Source of the DNA: Proteromonas lacertae
Taxonomy: Eukaryota
Direction: 5' to 3'
DNA length: 64,000 nucleotides
Assembly: GCA_002245135.1 (NCBI GenBank)
Contig: NGBS01001164.1
Location: 248,001 to 312,000 of the forward strand
Shown here: positions 39,876-53,530 of the stretch, piece after piece
How the letters are laid out: each line of letters starts with the position of its first letter
Position numbering within the stretch: the stretch's first letter is position 1
Notes under the pieces: model-generated
Told to the model about the DNA's origin: nothing
The model's database searches: none
The model's input: only the letters and a program-made list of their open reading frames with translations
Position numbers and translations under genes: made by a program

Positions 39876-40840
39876 TTAATTACGTTGATTAACACAACGA
39901 CATTTGACGATATGTTTTGCTAATAACATAGGTTTTATACTTACTTTATGACAAATAGGACAGGAAAAATCTGGTTGATTCTTTTTATCAAAATTGTACA
40001 TAGTAATAACAACATCAAAACAAGATGATTTATTAGCTATGTATGAATAAATAAAGAACACTGGATAATCATTGTAAATATGTTGACATAGTCTTTCACA
40101 CAAAGATTGAGATAGTTTATTTGTTGTTTTATCTATATAATAATAATATTAATAATTAAATTAAAATACATACATTCACAAAACCAGTTATACAATTTTG
40201 GACAAGTTATAGTATCATGTAAAGTCATTGAATTCAATATCACCAATAATTCATAACACTCAATATTCAATTTCAAAATATTCTTTATAAATAAAGTAGC
40301 ATCATATCTCATAACTGTAAGTTTATCTACTTGACAAAAGCAATTAAATAACAACTTAAATATTTCATATCTTTCATATTCTTTCATATTTTTATATTTA
40401 ACAAGATTAACTAGATATGTTACTTCCTTACAGATTGATTTGAAAATGTGTTTATGTTGATTTTTAAATCCTCTACAAGTTTTCCATCCTCCATTCTGTT
40501 CTTCTGCTTCTTTTAAAACTGTAAACCGAAGGCATTTACGATTTTTCTCTTTCAAGGCAATTTGTCGCTGAACAGCATATCTTCTATATACAGATTGGAT
40601 TTTTATTATTTTCTGAAAGAAATCACCACTTTCTTTTTTCTATTTTATTTATATATACATAATATATACAGTAGAAAATGGTTTTAATTCCGATCCAACA
40701 TCAATAAGCAGATTATTAACGTTTGTTATTGAAGTCATTTCATATAACAAACAACTTCCAGATACTGATCTTTGTGAAGTAATTGATGCACCGGATAGAC
40801 AGTGGCGACTGTTTTTTGATTTATTGCTCACGTCTATGTG
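39876..40840 (-). CDS. IQ-motif / EF-hand-like / zinc-finger protein (copy 3, tandem paralog; start uncertain)
   Basis: IIKIQSVYRRYAV, LLIDVGSELK, FSCPICHKVSIKPMLLAKHIVKC. Same exon layout as copy 2. Confidence 0.65.
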
Positions 40841-41305
40841 TGTGAGATTAATTCTTCCGATTGGGAGAGTAGAATGGTTGATCTATCATGATATTGAATA
40901 GATAAATACTGTAATGTCTGATTAATGTCGAACTTGACATTTCTAATCAAGACGATTACACAAAAATCAAGAAAATGTGATTTAAAGATTCTGAAACGGT
41001 TATATTTCCATTTTGAATTTATGAGATTCTTAACTGTGTTTTGTGAAGTTGATAGGATAATCCAATAAGTAGGTAATGCATATGCAATACGTTTAAAGCA
41101 AATACTCATTCGAGATACTTTGAGATTATGGAATAATTAAAATAACATCATAAACACAATCATAATAATTCAGAAATTCTATTCTTTTTTTGCTAATTAG
41201 TTAATCACTGTAATTAATTTCCTCTGAAAGCCTATATACATAAAGATATGAAAAAATAATATAAATACATTTTCTATAGCATCCCATGAAAGTGGAATCT
41301 TTAAT

Positions 41306-41583
41306 TTAATCATTAACACAAGGAATATTAACACTCCCTAAGTCATAAAATTGAATAATTATACAAAAGAGATAGTTTTACAGCTACAAGCTAAAACACC
41401 TAAAACACAAATAAAAGTAGGTGCATAAATCCATCTATTATCTTCAATTGGTAATGCGAAGAGAACAAGCTAAGGAAATAGACTTAAACTATACAATAAG
41501 TGCTGTATAAGTAATAATTTCACAAGCTTGGTCTAAATAAAAGCATTAAAAAAATATATGATACTCCAGAATCCGTTTGGCAT
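41306..41583 (-). CDS. Small (about 58 aa) two-helix membrane protein, four micro-exons
   Basis: Removing three canonical GTA..TAG introns gives MPNGFWNQACEIITYTALILVLFALPIEDNRWIYAPTFICVLGVLACSWSVNIPCVND*. Confidence 0.45.
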
Positions 41584-41959
41584 GGTTTAATAGAGAAAGA
41601 AATGAATAATTAAGATATATCCGTTTCAAGGAGTTATTTCTTTCAAATTATCGATAGTCGAGAGTTTATTTCATCATGCTATTATATTGGATAAGTATTT
41701 TCGCTTTTTATTTTACAAGATTTTAGTATGAATGGAAGTTTTTAGTCAGTAGATCAAGTAAAAAAAATGTATTTAAATTTCAGTGCAAAATCTTATATAT
41801 GTAACATGAAATGTCAATGTTCCATAAAAACAATAGACGAATTAATATAAATAGATGTACAATATTTGAAAAGGAAATTGATCGGTGCTTGAAAAGTATT
41901 TGTTTCATTCCCCAACAAATTTTTAAATTCAAATTTGTTTTGTTCATTTCTATAGAATA

Positions 41960-42682
41960 ATGTCTTCTAAAATCGTACAAGTATTTTCAACTTCCTTAAT
42001 TTTTCTATTTAGCGCTTGAATGGAAATTCTACAGACGCTATAGCACCGTCACCACATGAAACAGAGTATATCAGAACTTGTACTAATTCTAACTCATAGA
42101 TACTCTAGACAATATAGAGATAAATCGTTTTACTCACCACATAGTAAATATATGCATTCTACTCAACATGAGGAAGATCAATTAATGCAGTATTTAAGGC
42201 CAAACCTTAAAATTCAAGACACTGAACCTGAATGGCAAGAAAAATTAGTGAATCAGTTAACTGCTCCACAGGAGACAATTGATCATTTAAAAGAAAGATT
42301 AAGATCCAAATCAACCAGTCCAGCTAACAGAAGAGTTGAATTTGATGAAAAACCAGTAAAGATAATAAAATCAATGGAAAAACAATGTAAAAACGAAGGT
42401 GTTCAAATCAATTTATCACCAACAGTACCACCATCAACTCCATTAAAAGATCAAGTGAATATGAGTAATAACAATAACAATAAACATCATCATCATCATC
42501 ATCATAAACATCATTCACCATCACCACTACCACCAGCATGTCCATCAACCTCCATTGCGAAATGATAATCCTCCTGAGTTTAAAGGAGTTAATTTCCATA
42601 CAGGTAATTCATTATATAATGATACATTTATTAAACCACCATCTGATGCATATAATCAAGTTAATAAAGCTCAAGTTTATAC

Positions 42683-42726
<44 letters not shown>

Positions 42727-43808
42727 TAATAGAGAGCGTGGGATGATCATATACCATTTGAATATGGAAATGGATATAAAGACATTACAACAGAATATAT
42801 AGATAATATATCAAAGACAGGATTAATGTTATATAATAATAAGAGAAATGAATATGAAATAGAACAGCCAAACACATCAATAGAGACACAGCAATCAATA
42901 TCATTTGAAGATATAGATAATAATAAAAGTGAATGTTGTAGTTCATGTAGTAGTAGCAGATCATCAACACCAATTAAAGAAATAGCAACATTGCAACCAC
43001 AACCACAACAGTCAGTTATTATTAATAATGATAATAAAGATAAAAAATCATCAATAATTACTAATAATAATTCAAAGAAATTGAGATCAAAAACCCCAAC
43101 TCCAACACTAACATCAAAACCACCACTTACAATTGATACAAAATCATCAACAACAACAACAACAATAACAAAGAAAAACAAATCTAAAACTCCAACACCA
43201 CCTACACCCAAGTACAAATCAATAGAAATACAAACATCAGATAGTGATAAGGAGAATAAAAACTGTGTATGTAATAGAATCATAAGACCAAGATCTAAAT
43301 CAATAACAACGATTAATAAAACAAAAACAGAAGGAACACAAACAAAGTTAATAAAAGATGAAGAATGGAAATTAAACGACAAATTAAATATAAAAAGAAA
43401 GATGTTAAGAAAAAGACAAGAAAGTGAAGGTGTAATTAAACGTGTTGGTGGTGGTTATAGTGGTGTAACACCTAAAGCGATGACAAAATCAAAATCATTT
43501 CATAGTTCATTCTTCCCATCAAAATTACCTAATTATTCAGGTTGGCAAAGATATAATACATTTGAAAAACATGAATGCAGCTGTAAGAAGCCTGATATCC
43601 TCATTGTAATGAAGCTAAGAAACCAACGGAGTATAATAGAAATTTAAAAACTACAGTTGATAAATTATTAAAGATGAAAGTTGATAAATATAGTAAAAGA
43701 CCTGAAACAGATTATAAGACAGAGTATACAAGTAGCTTCAGCAATATAGCTGAAAGAGAAAGAAAATGCAGGTTAGAAGCAAAATTGAAAGTAAATAATT
43801 CTTTCTAA
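41960..43808 (+). CDS. Low-complexity S/T/P/K-rich hypothetical protein (frame breaks near 42547 and 43597)
   Basis: Consecutive + strand ORFs joined by short introns. Poly-N, poly-H and poly-T tracts. TEY motifs occur near both ends (HETEYSRQY, YKTEYTSSF). Confidence 0.6.
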
Positions 43809-43910
43809 TTAATAAATGTATTTTTGTATTTTTATGTATTTTTTTGTATTGCTTTCAAATCTATTTTGATCTAAAAACCGTTTTCGTTTTTTTTGTTTTT
43901 AAATTTTTAT

Positions 43911-46554
43911 ATGAGTAACGAAGATCCTTCAAATCAAGACACTGATGATGAAGAATACGACATAGATTCAGAACAGATGATCCGTGATATCGCAGATCAT
44001 CCTGTGATGGATAGAGTCCAACTTGCTTTGAAGAAGCGTATCGAGCGAAGAAAAACTAGGAATAATTCTACAGATAAGAGAAGCAGAAGCTCAATTAAAG
44101 AAAGTGGTTAAAACTAGAGAAACGATAGGATCAGATTTATATTCATTTCAACAACAATTAGCCAAACTTCAGATGGATTTAGAAACAGCTCATACAAATT
44201 GTTCAAATGTGGCTGATTTAAGAGCAAAATCTGATGAAGAGTTAATAAAAATACGAGAATTATTCACAATGAAGAAAAGTGAATTAAATCAACAACGAGA
44301 TAAACTAATAAAATCTCAAGCTGAATTAGATGCTTTAATGGCGACAATTCGACAAGTGGAAGGTTATAATGAAGAAATGCAAGGTGAAATGGCTGTAGTT
44401 CGAAGAGCTGCATATAAAGCAGAAAAAGATATGAGTGAATTAGAAAAGAAAAAATCTCAACAAGATTTATATATAGATGAATTAACCGAAAGATTGAAAG
44501 GACTTCGAGAGCAGAAAGCTCTTTATGAAGCTCAAGTAGATTCTCAACGAGCCGAGACAGCAGCAGCCATTCAAACCTTAAATGAAGCATCAGTAGAAAT
44601 GGAAACAATATATTTTGAAAAGAAACAATTATTACAGCAATGGAAAGCATCTTTAATCGGATTACAAAAGAGAGATGAAGCATTAATGGCATCTGAGAAA
44701 GCATTAAGAGATCAAAATCAGACGTTTTTAACAGTAGAATCTGAATTGAAAGGATGTAAAAGTAATTTATTAAAAGAACAAAAGCATAATGCAGATTTAT
44801 TAGCTCAATTAGGTGGTTTAGATGCTGATAATACTCACATATTATTACAATTAAAGAAAATGGAAGAAGAAAAACAAAGATTGTCAGAAAAACAAATGAT
44901 GCTTCAAAAAGCTATAAACCAATCGCTATCACAGATTGAAGTAGGAAGTAATGAAATAAAGAACATTGATAGTCAGATCTCAATAGTTGATAAACATTTC
45001 CAAGCATTAGAAAGGCAAAGAGTGGAATTAGTTCAAAAACTTGATGATAATTTGAATGATAGAGCTACAGTGTCTAAAGCAGCAGCTAATTATATGAAGA
45101 AAGCACGAATAATCTTGGATCAATTACAAAATGGTGAAAGTGAAGTAGCTCGAGTAGAAAATGAGATGGCAAGAATAAAAGTGGATTGTTTAAATACTGA
45201 TGCTCATAATGATCAATTAGCTCAAACATTAAAGAAAGCTGTGAGTGAATTAAAAGAGAAAGAAACTTTAATTGAAAAATATCAATTAGAAATTCGTCAA
45301 AGAAATGATGAAATAGAAAAAGAGATGTATATAGTTGATAGATTAAATCGTAAATATGATCAACTAACTCAAGGTCATGAAGATACAAATATGGGTCCAT
45401 TAGAAGCAACAATTCATAATTTACAAAAAGAGATCGCAGTGGTTGAAACAGATAATAATGAATTACAACAACTATGGTTAAAAGATCAAACAATTTTAGT
45501 GAATGTATCAAATGATGCTGAAAATATAGGAAATGATGTAAGAGAAATGAAAAGTCGAATTACTGTATTAGATCAAAAACTATTACGAGATGAACATGAT
45601 ATATCTTATGTAAAAAGAGAGATAAGTGATTTAAATACGAAGATGGCATCTTTACATAAGGACATAGTAAGATTAAATGGTTTAATAGCTAAAAATCGTG
45701 AGATTGAAGAAGATTTAGCGAATGGAAATTATGCCTTAGAAGGTGAATTTGATGGTGAATTAAAAGATTTACAATTCAAAAGTGATCAAAATGAAAAAGA
45801 AGTGCAACGAATAAAAGAAGAAAAGAATCGATTGTTAGATGATATAGTTGAAATGGAAAGACAAATAATGTTATGGGAAAAGAAGATTCAATTAGAAAAA
45901 GAAACTCAAGCTGCATTAGATCCAAATGTTGGTATGCAAGAAGCTCGAATGATGGAGAAAGAAATTCATCGAATGCAATTAAGATATGATTCATTAAATC
46001 GAGATAAAGAAGATATGTTGGAAGAGATGGAAAGAGCCGTAGAAAAACATGAATTAATCCAATTAAAATATGAAACAACTCGATCTAAAGATGTAACACT
46101 ATCTGGAATGCGAAAGAATGCAGTTCAAATAAAAAAGAAATTATCTAAAGTAACAGCTGAATTATCTTCTTATGAAACAGCTATAAAACAAAAACGAGAT
46201 GAAATGAAAAAAGTAGAGAAACAAATCGAAGATGCAACGAAATTCAAAGAAGAATATAATGATAAAGTGAAGATATTACAAGATGAAATAAATGATAAAT
46301 TGTTTAAAAAACAGATTGCAACTGATAAAATTAGTCGATATGAAAGATTATTAAATAAATATAATGATTTAAGAGAAGGTAAAGGTGAATTTGCTTCATT
46401 AACTGAAGAAGATCAAACTCGAATTGATGAAGATATAAAACATGAAGAAGATAGAACTCAAAGCATAATAAATGTAATTCAAAGGTTGCAAGGTGCTTAT
46501 CCTCAATATTCAAAAGACCTTGATCGATTATTATATCAGATTGAAAATAAGTAG
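43911..46554 (+). CDS. CCDC40: Coiled-coil axonemal 96-nm ruler protein (one frameshift near 44040)
   Basis: DHPVMDRVQLALK, RETIGSDLYSFQQQLAKLQM, KKSQQDLYIDEL, EKKQLLQQWKASLIGLQKRDEA, MGPLEATI, ERQIMLWEKKIQLEKE and MEKEIHRMQLR are characteristic CCDC40 blocks. Confidence 0.9.
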
Positions 46555-46761
46555 ATAAATTAAAAATAAATAATATTACTAATATTGTGTATGTTATTTA
46601 CTAAAATATGATATTTGGATTAAACATATGATAGAGAGAAATATTTCTCTATTATAATTGCTTCAATCTAAACATAAACTATTTCATTCATTTCATTTAA
46701 TTAATCCCCATAATAACATATAATATTAATAACTATTAGATTGTCAACATTTCTATTTAGT

Positions 46762-47550
46762 TTAAACTGTATTAGCAAGTGTTGGTTGATTAGCTTGTTT
46801 TTCTGGCTATTCCCATATGTAAATTAATTGATTATACTTCTTCGTTTGGTCCTTTAATGTCGGCTTGTGGACTGAAGTGAATTACTCCTACTGTTGAATC
46901 AACTTCATGACGCTCTATTAGAATAAATAATATCATTATTTATCATATATAGATCATACTACTATCTTCTGCTAAAATAGTAAAACCTGCCTTCAAGGAT
47001 TTTTGTCTGAATATTGAATGAACTCCACAAACTACGAAGCAGATTAATAACATGTATAAAAATCTATCAAGTACTCCAAAGAGGTAATAAATGATCAATA
47101 AACTTCCACATAAAATTAATTGTAACTCTATTCTACTCAATGGGTGTGAACTGATAATAATTGGTTCAGTCAAAACATAGAATAAGTATACATAACAACA
47201 TATTCCAAGAATACTGACAAATGTAAACGATAAACTTCCGAACCTGAAAAAAACAATAAAATATAAATCATACAAGAAGAATACGCCTATACATAATGAG
47301 ATGAAGAGATAATTTGAGCAATAATAAGCAAAGTTAGTTTTCATCACATCTACTGCGTCTTTCTTGGGAACTTCGAATTTTTCTGCAAATTCTCTCCATG
47401 GTTTCTATTAATACAATAAAATGTGATCAACAGGAAAATAATACTTGGTCAGACCACACTAGTCTAATGACATCATTAGCAGCTTTGTTCAATTCTAATT
47501 CACATGATTCATTTATTAATAATACTTTCTTTAGGGAGGTTTACACTCAT
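46762..47550 (-). CDS. PRA1 (prenylated Rab acceptor) family protein
   Basis: KPWREFAEKFEVP, NFAYYCSNY, two long hydrophobic segments, HSIFR. Four short introns. Confidence 0.8.
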
Positions 47551-47879
47551 TCTATTTTTGATTTTTAGAAATTTGAAAGTCAAAATAAGGGGGTCAGTAG
47601 AATAACTGGTGCATCTATTAGTTATTTTAAACCACTTTTTTCTCTTTTTTTAATACCCCATCTATATGTTATAGCAATATCTTTATGATAAAAAATATGT
47701 ATACTTTTTATAGTGTATGAATTGTTCTATCTATATTTTTAAATTTACATTTCTTTAAAGATTACATCAAATATCAGTAGAAATATCTTGCTAGTCTAAT
47801 TAAAAAGTAATATATAAACCAAAATATCTAAACTAATGAAATTCAAAAAAAAAATATCATAATAAATATTTGTATTTAA

Positions 47880-49280
47880 TTAATTTTTACCTCCTCTTCC
47901 TCCATGTCTCTATATAAGAATAATAAAGAAGAATATATACATTTCCAGGATAATATGGGTAATAATTATGAAGTGGACACTCAACTCCATCTACAACAAT
48001 CTTTCCTCCGTTGAAATCTAAAATACTTGTCTTACTACTTTCAGAATAAAATTCAATAAAAGCAATCATTGATCCTTTTGCAGTTTTAGTCATATCAATA
48101 ACCTTTATATCACCATAATCTTTAACTAAATTCTTTATCATTTCCTCACTAGCTGTAATTGGTAATTGTTTAATAACAACACTATTTATTATATATATAT
48201 ATATATATATACGTTGTATTAACATTATGCGGTTTATATTCAGTTGCATTTGTGCTATTATTTGCATTATTATTATTATTGTTATCTTTTCTTCCTTTAC
48301 CATTTCCTTTTCTATTTCTACTTCTCATTTGTCTTGGTTTTGAATTATTACCTTCACCTGTAGTAGTATTAGTAGTTGGAAGTGCTTCTGTTGTTGTTGT
48401 TGTTGATGATGATGATGATGATGGCGTAGGTTTACTATCAGCTCCTCTTACTATTCCTGCATATGTACTTGGAGTTACAGGTGATTCAGGTGTTGATGAA
48501 TCAGGTGATGATGATGATAATGTTGTTGTCGGTGGTACTGGTGGTTGTTTCTTTACTTCCTTTGGTTTATCATCTTTCTTAACTACTTGACGTTGTTGTT
48601 GTTGTTTCTCAACTGGTTTATCTTGCTTCTTAACTACTGATTTAACGACTGTTTCTGCTGGTGTTATAACTGGTTTAACTTCATCTTGTTTTGACTTTTC
48701 ATTCTTCTTAGATGGTGAATTTGGTTTCTTTTCTTTCTTTGAACTTTCTGGTGTTGCTGCTGATGAAGATGATGTTGATACTGCAGTTGTTTTTACTTTG
48801 GTTGGTGTTTTGGTTGATACTCCAGTTGAAACATTCTTATTCTCAGCTGATTCACTTAAACGGATGATATCATATAAAATGAAATAAGAATCGCTTCCCT
48901 GTGGTTGGAATAAGTTCACAGCTTGAGAATACATGTAACATTTGTGATCTAAGTACATAATTCCTCTGAGTAAAATTTCAATGCTATTTTCATCGACCTA
49001 ATGCATCAACTGATCCATCTGCCAAGTTTACCTTGATCTGACCTTTTAAATTGTCAAAGGCTTTCTGAATTTCTGACGATCCATGAACTGGATGAGATTC
49101 CTATATTGTGATAATAGCAATTTAAATTTTTATACTACATCACCGTACAGTGAAGCTGAAGATAGAAGTTTTAGTGTATAACTTGTGCATGTTCTGTTTC
49201 CTATCATTTAAAGTAGTATAATAACAAGTTATAAATTCTTTGGCAATATCAGAAATAACTGAATCATTTGGAGCACTCAT
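47880..49280 (-). CDS. G3BP/Rasputin-like NTF2-RRM-RGG protein (+1 frameshift near 48997)
   Basis: NTF2 (IAKEFITCYYTTL, MHKLY, YSQAVNL, YFILYDIIR), disordered linker with TYAGIV, RRM (VVIKQLP, AFIEF), terminal HGGRGG. Confidence 0.8.
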
Positions 49281-49489
49281 CTATAATAGATAATAAAATA
49301 TTCGCCTAATAAAAGTATGTAGTGCAAAGACATTTGCATGCTTTATAAGATCAATAAATATAAATGTTAATATATACTCAACTAACGGTGAAAATTGCAC
49401 AGAAAAAGAAATGAAGTAAAATGCGGTCAATTGTGTAAATATGAATATTAAAATTACTTAAGGCTTGATATGATTTGAGTCTCATAATT

Positions 49490-50411
49490 ATGTTTTTAAT
49501 TTTTTCTAATATAGCAATAAGCATTGTTCTTTGTATATATTAAATATTATTATGACTCTTAGTCTTATTGCCATTTGTATATTCCCAATCAATAGAACTC
49601 TATCCTTTAACAAATAATCCTCTGCTTATAAATGTTGAAACACACAACCGTAATATAACATGTGGAAAGCTAATATTTAAGAAGAATTTCACAATTTTAT
49701 TCCAAGAAGTGTCATTGTGTAATGTAGGTATGTTTTATTATTTGTATAAATATCATTGATAGATACAAGTCAGAAAACTATAACAATTCCAAATAACACA
49801 TTAGCTCTACATTTCTTTTTTTGTCGAGATTTATATGAGTATAAGCTCTCTACATAATATATGTAATTAATAGAATTGATCAATGCACAACAACCAAATA
49901 TGGGATAGAAAATGTCCATAAAAACAATGATGAATATCCAGATAACAATGGCTGGATTCATTCACTTAAATTCAACACTACTTACTGTTCTAGTGGTGAT
50001 GATAGTGTATGTTCAAAATATTACTATTGTATTAACTCCATATCATCTCCATATTATTCCTGTCAAGCTTGTCCAGGTTTGAAGAATGATTTAGCTGAAT
50101 GTGATGGACATGGATCATGTAACAAGAAATCATTATCACCTGATAAAACTATATTGCAATGTGATTGTTTCTATGGATATACATCTAACGATTGTTCAAA
50201 TTGTGATAAAGGATTCTATGGTAAATATTGTGAAGAATGTCCAGGATTAGTTCAACCAAATATAGCTTGCTAGTATTATAATTATAATTATTATTATTAT
50301 ATATAGTGGTCATGGTACTTGTGATGGTGATGGTACTAGAGAAGGTAATGGGACTTGTACTTGTTTTGATAATTGGAGTTCAACTGATTGTAGTGAATGT
50401 GTTTCATGTAT

Positions 50412-50443
<32 letters not shown>

Positions 50444-52366
50444 GATGCATATGGTAAGAATTGTGATTTATGTCCAGGTATTATCAATGGTACTTTAACA
50501 TGTAATGGTCATGGAAGATGTAATTCAGGTAAATCAGGTGATGGCACTTGTTTATGTGATTATAATTATGATGCATCTACATCCTGTTTAACATGTAAAT
50601 ATGGTTTTTGGGGTGATGATTGTCAAGTATGTGATGGTTATAGCGCAGGAGTACCTTGTCATGGACATGGTAAATGTAATGATAATGATGGTAGTTGTAT
50701 ATGTGATAAAGGATTTAGTGATCGACATGGATGTAGTGATTGTTTGGATGGTTATTATGGTGATGAGTGTTTGGAATGTCCTGGTCTTGTTATTAAGAAG
50801 AATAGAACAATATCGTGTGATGGACATGGTTGGTGTAGTAATACAGGAGAGTATATATATATATATTTGTATTGTGTATAGATGTGAATGTTCAAAACAA
50901 TGGAGAGTTTATTCTAATAATTCATGTAATAATTGTAATTATAATTATTATGGACCAGATTGTACAGAATGTCCAGGAATGATTACTATTACTGATAGTA
51001 ATGGAAATGATGAATTAAGACCGTGCAATAATAAAGGAATATGTATAGGAAGTGGAGATATTAATGGAATTGGTAAATGTCAATGTATTCCAGGATTTAG
51101 AGGTGAATTATGTGATGAATGTGATAGTATATAAATTATTATTATTATTATTATCATTAAATAGTTGGTTATTATGGTGAAGATTGTTTTCCATGTAGTG
51201 GTAATCCGATATGTTCAAATCACGGTTATTGTAATGGAACTGGTACAAAACAAGGAAATGGTAAGTGTATTTGTGATAAGAATTATTATGGTGATTATTG
51301 TGAAAATGTGAATGAAGTTTCTATTGATAGAATCGTGTTTATATATTTCACATCAATTCTTACATCTGTTGTGTTATTGATCGTTATAATACTATTAATT
51401 CGATATGTAATGTATAAAGTAGAACAGTATAATAATGCTCATAATAAACTATCGAATGGAAGTAATGATTCAAATAATAGTCGTCGCAATAATAATGGTA
51501 GAAGTAGTAGTTCAGGTACAAATAAAGATCCATTACTTGATAATATAATCAGTAATAGTAAAACAATGACTGAATGGATAATAGATAGTAAAAGATTAGA
51601 ATTAGGTGAATTAATTGGTTTAGGAAGTACAGGAAGGGTGTTTAAAGGAAGATTTTCAGGCTTTGAAGTAGCAATAAAGGAAGTGCCAATTCAAGGAGTA
51701 GTTCAGAATGCAATAGAACATGTGAAATCTGAAGCAAATATATTATGTAGAATAATCCATCCTAGAATTATTAGATTTTATGGAATTTGTCATATAACTA
51801 ATAGATTATATTTAATAATGGAAGAGTGTATAACATCTTTGTCAAAATTATTAATGGATTCTAGTTATGAAATACATAACAATGAATATCTTAGAATATC
51901 TCGACAAATATGTGAAGGTTGTTGTTTCTTACATGAAAGAGGAATATTACATCGAGATTTAAAACCTGCCAATATATTGATGGATATACATTATAATATA
52001 AAAATATGTGATTTTGGTATAAGTAAAACAATAGGTAATACTATGACTGGATTGATAGGGACACCCGCTTATATGTCACCTGAATTATTGAAAGGAGAAT
52101 TACATTATAAGAATTCAATCGATATTTATGCATTTGGTATAATTCTATGGGAAATGTATACTAGAGATGATCCTTATGAGAAGAATATGAATCCATTTCA
52201 AATAGCACATCAAGTATTAGAAGGGATTAGACCGAATATACCTGATAGTTGTCCTTATAATTTAAGAAATCTTATCGAAAGATGCTGGAATGCAAATCCG
52301 AAAATTAGACCTAGTTTTGTTGAGATATTAGAGTTATTAAATGATTCATTATTTGATGATATTTAA
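49490..52366 (+). CDS. Single-pass receptor kinase: signal peptide, laminin/EGF-like Cys repeats, TM helix, TKL kinase
   Basis: Spliced leader MFLIFSNIAISIVLFLLPFVYS, repeated CPG..C.GHG.C...G.C.C...G..C units, TM IVFIYFTSILTSVVLLIVIILLI. Intact kinase motifs GLGSTG, VAIK, HRDLKPAN, DFG and GTPAYMSPE. Confidence 0.92.
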
Positions 52367-52429
52367 AGTATTTTTAGTAAAATAAATACATTTATAAGAT
52401 CTGTATTTTTATGATTTATGTTTATTAAT

Positions 52430-53530
52430 TTATATATTAATTACATCTTGAGATGGTATAAATTTGTATTTATTACCATATTTATCTAAATACTCAAAAC
52501 CAACATGGCATGATAAATCTTGGTGAATATTTGTACCAAAACAGGATAGTTCTTCACTAGTTTTATCAGCTTCATTATTGCTTGGTAAAACAAAAGCCAT
52601 ATCAAACCAGTTTTTTATTTTATAAACTGTATTTGATTGTTTAGAATTAATTATTTCTTGAAATACATTTTTCATATCTTCAGAAGTAAATGCATCTTTT
52701 TCAACTACTCTTTTATTTTGTTCACCTTTATGAGGCTTAACTATTCGTTGATATTCATTTTCATTATTCTTATCTTTTTCATATACATGAGGCATAATAT
52801 CACCATATTTAAATGAACTATTTTCTTTCATCTCTTCTAATATTTCTTTCATGTCACTATTATTAAAACTATCATATTCAGATTTTTTGATAATATCTGA
52901 ATATATATCATTAGCAAATAAGTCTTGTAATAACATAGATTCATTTGTTTCATCTATTCCATCTTCTATTTCAAGACTTCTTACCTTTCTAGATGATACA
53001 ATTTGGAATGGCGGAGATTTAATTGAATATATACATTTATATTGTCCTTCATTTGAAGTTTCTTCAAACAAAAAAACTCTAAAGGTGTAATTTGGATTAG
53101 ATTTATATAATCTATCATTCATTGTCCATGCTTTTAATTTACGATTTATAATGAATGTTTTAGATTTATTAATGTTGGTTTCACTATCTCTTTCTTCAGC
53201 AATATAAAGAGGATACTTTCTCTTATCATTATTTTTGAATATATCTTTAGTTATAAGGCTACCATATCGATATTCGCTTTTTCTATCATCGTCAAAACTA
53301 AAATTACCAAATATGAGTATTCTTTTATTATCATGATAATTTACATACAATTTTATTGATACTCCACAGAATTCTGTTACCTAAGGATATATTATGAACT
53401 AAAATACTCGATGACCACTCTGATTATGACTAGGGAAACATAAGATATGTTTAGATTTTTTTTCTTTGTAATTTCTCCTGTATAAACTATACCATTTTAT
53501 TTGAGGATCAAAGAGAACTGTATTTGACAT
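52430..53530 (-). CDS. Hypothetical protein; N-terminal beta-rich domain possibly an Ig-fold DNA-binding domain
   Basis: 306-aa ORF plus 5' micro-exons. FRVFLF...SIKSPPFQIVSSRK followed by an acidic region recalls p53/CudA-like factor domain ends (weak). Confidence 0.55.

Noticed and set aside
27565..48590. Long hydrophobic antisense ORFs (27565-28014, 42747-43382, 44264-46513, 48252-48590)
   Set aside because: Reverse complements of K/E/T/N-rich coding sequence naturally give F/L/V/S-rich stop-poor frames.
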